DNA of 25,914 bases from a virus, in IMG/VR virus record IMGVR_UViG_3300025469_000026. One strand, given 5' to 3'. This document shows, piece after piece, positions 23,362 through 25,914 of this stretch. The number at the start of each line of letters is the position of its first letter. Position 1 is the first letter of the stretch. The position numbers were made by a program, and so were the translations under genes. Under the pieces are notes generated by a model. That model saw only the letters and a list, made by a program, of their open reading frames with translations. It had not been told where the DNA came from and searched no databases.

Positions 23362-23381
23362 TTCTTTTCCTTTTCGATTTC
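23242..23381 (+). ncRNA. Predicted TnpB omega/reRNA: scaffold to 23361 plus an approximately 20-nt guide TTCTTTTCCTTTTCGATTTC
   Basis: TnpB guide RNAs derive from the tnpB 3' end, the right end and the adjacent flank. The ends given here are estimates. Confidence 0.5.
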
Positions 23382-23966
23382 CTCTTTCAATTGCTTCCAA
23401 AGAGTCTCCATGTCGATCCTCTCCTTACCCGGATACCAGCACGACGGTCCTTGCGCTTTAATAACCTTATTGAGTGCTTCTACAGCCTTCCATACTTCAT
23501 CAGATAGTTCTCCATCATCCGCAAGATCGTCACACCATTCATCTCCGTCAAGTTGATGCAAGTAGTGAGGCTCTGCAATAACCACGTGCATCTCCGGCTC
23601 CTCACCGCGCTTCGTCGCCTCTTCCAACTGCCAGTACATCTCATCTAACAGTTGATCTTTATCCCAAAAATACTTGTCCCGCGCATCATCAACTGTTGGC
23701 GTGTTGCCATCCCATTTAGCAACGGGAAGAGCGTAGTATTTATCGCAATCTATCTTTGCTTGACATGATCGGCATCGAGTTTCTCCTTGGCGCATCACTG
23801 ATCCGCAAGCGCACTTCTGATGAGTGCAACCTGACCACCTCGCCCCATGCTCACTGCTAGGATTGTCGCCGGGGTAAAATACTCCAGTACGAGACTTCCA
23901 GCCTATTTCAGAAACTTTCTTGGCAGCTTCATCGCTATTGTACATCACTACTTTTTCTTCTGACAT
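23358..23966 (-). CDS. Hypothetical protein with Cys motifs (CTHQKCACG, CRSC); its stop codon is now supplied by the IS right end
   Basis: Likely start MSEEKV at 23966 after GGGAGAGG; about 202 aa. Confidence 0.7.
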   Translation of the reverse strand: MSEEKVVMYNSDEAAKKVSEIGWKSRTGVFYPGDNPSSEHGARWSGCTHQKCACGSVMRQGETRCRSCQAKIDCDKYYALPVAKWDGNTPTVDDARDKYFWDKDQLLDEMYWQLEEATKRGEEPEMHVVIAEPHYLHQLDGDEWCDDLADDGELSDEVWKAVEALNKVIKAQGPSCWYPGKERIDMETLWKQLKEEIEKEKN

Positions 23967-23980
23967 CTGATCCTCTCCCA

Positions 23981-24379
23981 TTATCGCACTAACCGATACT
24001 CCCATGCGTTTGAGTCCACAATCCTGCGCTTCTCAATCACATGACACCCATACTCTGGCAAGCGTAAATCACGAATACGGCTCTTAACGCTGGAATCACA
24101 GACGAATACATTCTCTTTTTCTTTTATAAACGCCTGCAACCTCCACGGAATCCACCACTCATGATTCCTCATCAGTCGCAACACAATCCCATTTAACGTT
24201 TTCCTATCGGGATCAGCAGCCTTGAAATTATACATTTCCTTGGCTTTCTGTTCCGCGTTCTCGTATCCAAAATCAACTAAGAACTCATATCCTTTGCTCT
24301 CAAGAAAATCAGCCGCACGCTTCACTTGAGAGGACACCTTCACGTTGTTTTCCTTGCACCACTGATTCAATTCGCTCAT
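23981..24379 (-). CDS. Hypothetical protein with a C-terminal winged-HTH-like motif
   Basis: 132 aa; SRIRDLR...G..IEKRR.....WEYRL resembles a phage HTH motif; AGGAGAGG RBS. Confidence 0.7.
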   Translation of the reverse strand: MSELNQWCKENNVKVSSQVKRAADFLESKGYEFLVDFGYENAEQKAKEMYNFKAADPDRKTLNGIVLRLMRNHEWWIPWRLQAFIKEKENVFVCDSSVKSRIRDLRLPEYGCHVIEKRRIVDSNAWEYRLVR

Positions 24380-24614
24380 TTTTCCTCTCCTTCTCCCAGT
24401 GCCTTAGTTTCGCAGCACATGAGTTTGTACAACACCTGCGGATACCGTCTGGAATCCTATTCATTTCACGTAACTTCCACGTAAACAAATCCTTACACCA
24501 TTCACAGCGAAGATTCAAGGTTATCAGCGTGTATATATGCTTACTCTCTCCGCATTTACACATCGTCCTTCCGTCTAACCGGAACCTCTTACACTCTGTG
24601 CAGATAGCAGCCAT
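24309..24614 (-). CDS. Cys-rich (Zn-finger-like) hypothetical protein
   Basis: 101 aa with CTEC, CKC, CEWC and CCTNSC; GGAGGG RBS. Confidence 0.6.
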   Translation of the reverse strand: MAAICTECKRFRLDGRTMCKCGESKHIYTLITLNLRCEWCKDLFTWKLREMNRIPDGIRRCCTNSCAAKLRHWEKERKNERIESVVQGKQREGVLSSEACG

Positions 24615-24615
24615 T

Positions 24616-24822
24616 TCAATCCCTCCGCATCAAACTGAACTCTGACGGATTACCTTTAGGCCAATTCCAGTCACTTACATCACAGACACCTTTTTCTGTT
24701 AGACAAACATCACATCCACCTGTCCAGAAAGTTGCTACGTGTCCTGTCGGCCATAACGCTCCATTCTGTTCTGCGCAGTCATGACATATAGTGTAGACTC
24801 CTATCAACTTTTCTTTCTTCAA
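24616..24822 (-). CDS. Cys-rich small hypothetical protein
   Basis: 68 aa with CHDC and CDVC; packed in the operon. Confidence 0.6.
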   Translation of the reverse strand: MKKEKLIGVYTICHDCAEQNGALWPTGHVATFWTGGCDVCLTEKGVCDVSDWNWPKGNPSEFSLMRRD

Positions 24823-25052
24823 ACCTTTTCCTTGTCCTTCCAGTTACCCACTATTCGCTCAACACTGGCGGCGATAGGATACGTGCTAATAGTCTTTTTG
24901 TGAACTCGGCAGTTTGGGTCTAAAGACGTTACCATTATCCCTTGAAGATCGTAGGGTTCCCCACCGTTTCTGCACGAACACTTAGCCTCTGGAGACCACT
25001 TTGCAGTAGTCTCCAGTTCCTCTTCATCTTCGTTTTCGATCCAACGTCTCAT
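24819..25052 (-). CDS. Small hypothetical protein
   Basis: 77 aa; overlaps its neighbours by 4 nt; AAGGA RBS. Confidence 0.6.
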   Translation of the reverse strand: MRRWIENEDEEELETTAKWSPEAKCSCRNGGEPYDLQGIMVTSLDPNCRVHKKTISTYPIAASVERIVGNWKDKEKV

Positions 25053-25914
25053 AAATTGTCCTTATTAGAATTAAGATTCTCCTGTTCTAATTCATCACTA
25101 TAGTTATCGTCACTTTCTTCATTTGAGAATAATCCATAGTTTATACTGGTGGCGTGTTCTATGTTTTTACATCCTTGTTCCCAGTATGATGTTTTTAATT
25201 CGCTTCCGATAAACCGTCTTCCTAGTTGCATTGCAATAAATCCTGTTGATCCTACTCCTGAAAACGGATCGTATATAACATCTTTTGGATTAGACCAAAG
25301 ATGAACACATCTTTCGATTAAGTCTAACGCCATAGGACATATATGTCTTTCGTCTTGATTCTCTCTTGCGCATCTTCCGTTTAACGTGCGAGTAAAATCA
25401 ATATCCATCCACACTGGAGAAGCGTATCTCCTCCATCTCTCATGAGATAATACCCCGTTCTTTGGTGGGTTTTCTCCTGAAAACCATTCTAATCCTTTTT
25501 CATGAGCGATAGGTTCCGCATTCTCTCCCGGTATTCTGAATGCAAGGATGTATTGAGGAATACCAGCCCTCACCATAGATGAATCTTTGCAAAGTTGTTT
25601 ATGCATCAATCCTATTGCTTTGGTTCTTGTCGCTTCTAATAGTGGATCTTTCCACGCACAGTGTTCACTGTGGAATATAAATCCAGCATCTAAAAACTGC
25701 CGAATAATATCACCCCGAAAATCTTTTAATCCAATATATCCATCCCTGCTCTTCATTGCAGGGATATTCATGCAATCTATTGCTACTATTCTCCCTTTTT
25801 TTGTGATCCGAAACAACTCATCTATAAGCACACGAAAGTGTGTTTGAAACTCTTCATCAGTCCTACTGTTCCCCATATCCCTCTCGCTTCCAGAATAGCA
25901 ATATAAGTTCGAGT
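25049..25914 (-). CDS. Phage DNA methyltransferase (N4-C/N6-A, beta class), truncated at the right window edge
   Basis: HICP..L.LIERC..LWSNP.D.IYDPFSGVGSTG (SAM-binding motif I) and RRFIGSELK. The frame continues upstream as ...SNLYCYSGSERDMGNS to the edge; the SPP(F/Y) motif is expected just outside the window. Confidence 0.9.
   Translation of the reverse strand, partial: SNLYCYSGSERDMGNSRTDEEFQTHFRVLIDELFRITKKGRIVAIDCMNIPAMKSRDGYIGLKDFRGDIIRQFLDAGFIFHSEHCAWKDPLLEATRTKAIGLMHKQLCKDSSMVRAGIPQYILAFRIPGENAEPIAHEKGLEWFSGENPPKNGVLSHERWRRYASPVWMDIDFTRTLNGRCARENQDERHICPMALDLIERCVHLWSNPKDVIYDPFSGVGSTGFIAMQLGRRFIGSELKTSYWEQGCKNIEHATSINYGLFSNEESDDNYSDELEQENLNSNKDNL

Noticed and set aside
459-25847. 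All plus-strand ORFs in the track (for example 2300-2668, 9921-10391, 14351-14767, 20309-20767)
   Set aside because: They are antisense shadows of well-supported minus-strand genes, without RBS or recognisable motifs
1-25914. Self-targets for the two predicted omegaRNA guides elsewhere in the window
   Set aside because: A visual scan found no TAM-adjacent seed match (the nearest TCAT+T-rich sites at about 21745 and 24376 mismatch in the seed); a computational search is still needed
1-25914. tRNA genes, rRNA, stop-codon recoding, integrase
   Set aside because: No cloverleaf or rRNA motifs were seen; the large genes are open in code 11; no recombinase motifs were seen

Overview
A 25.9 kb piece of a tailed dsDNA phage or prophage genome (Caudoviricetes-like). 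All credible genes lie on the minus strand. Reading right to left: a DNA methyltransferase cut by the window edge, small accessory ORFs, an XRE-family HTH regulator, a possible small terminase, the large terminase (TerL), a TerL nuclease-domain paralog with a twin-arginine (Tat) signal peptide, a DUF551-like fusion, probable portal, scaffold, major capsid protein (MCP), decoration and adaptor proteins, and a tailspike-like ORF of at least 1738 aa. That last ORF is missing from the supplied ORF track because it runs off the left edge. No tnpA or intact tnpB is present, but there are three IS200/IS605-derived pieces. The first is a complete 215 bp non-autonomous element with its own promoter and a TnpB omega/reRNA-type right end (23147-23361). 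The second is a 94 bp exact copy of its left junction inside a small gene (20160-20253). The third is an unrelated tnpB 3' end plus right end fused in frame behind the MCP stop codon (8730-8908). Other candidates are a pseudoknotted ncRNA (21779-21892) and a late-promoter leader with a bistable terminator. All product calls come from motif recognition and gene order by eye; no database search was run.
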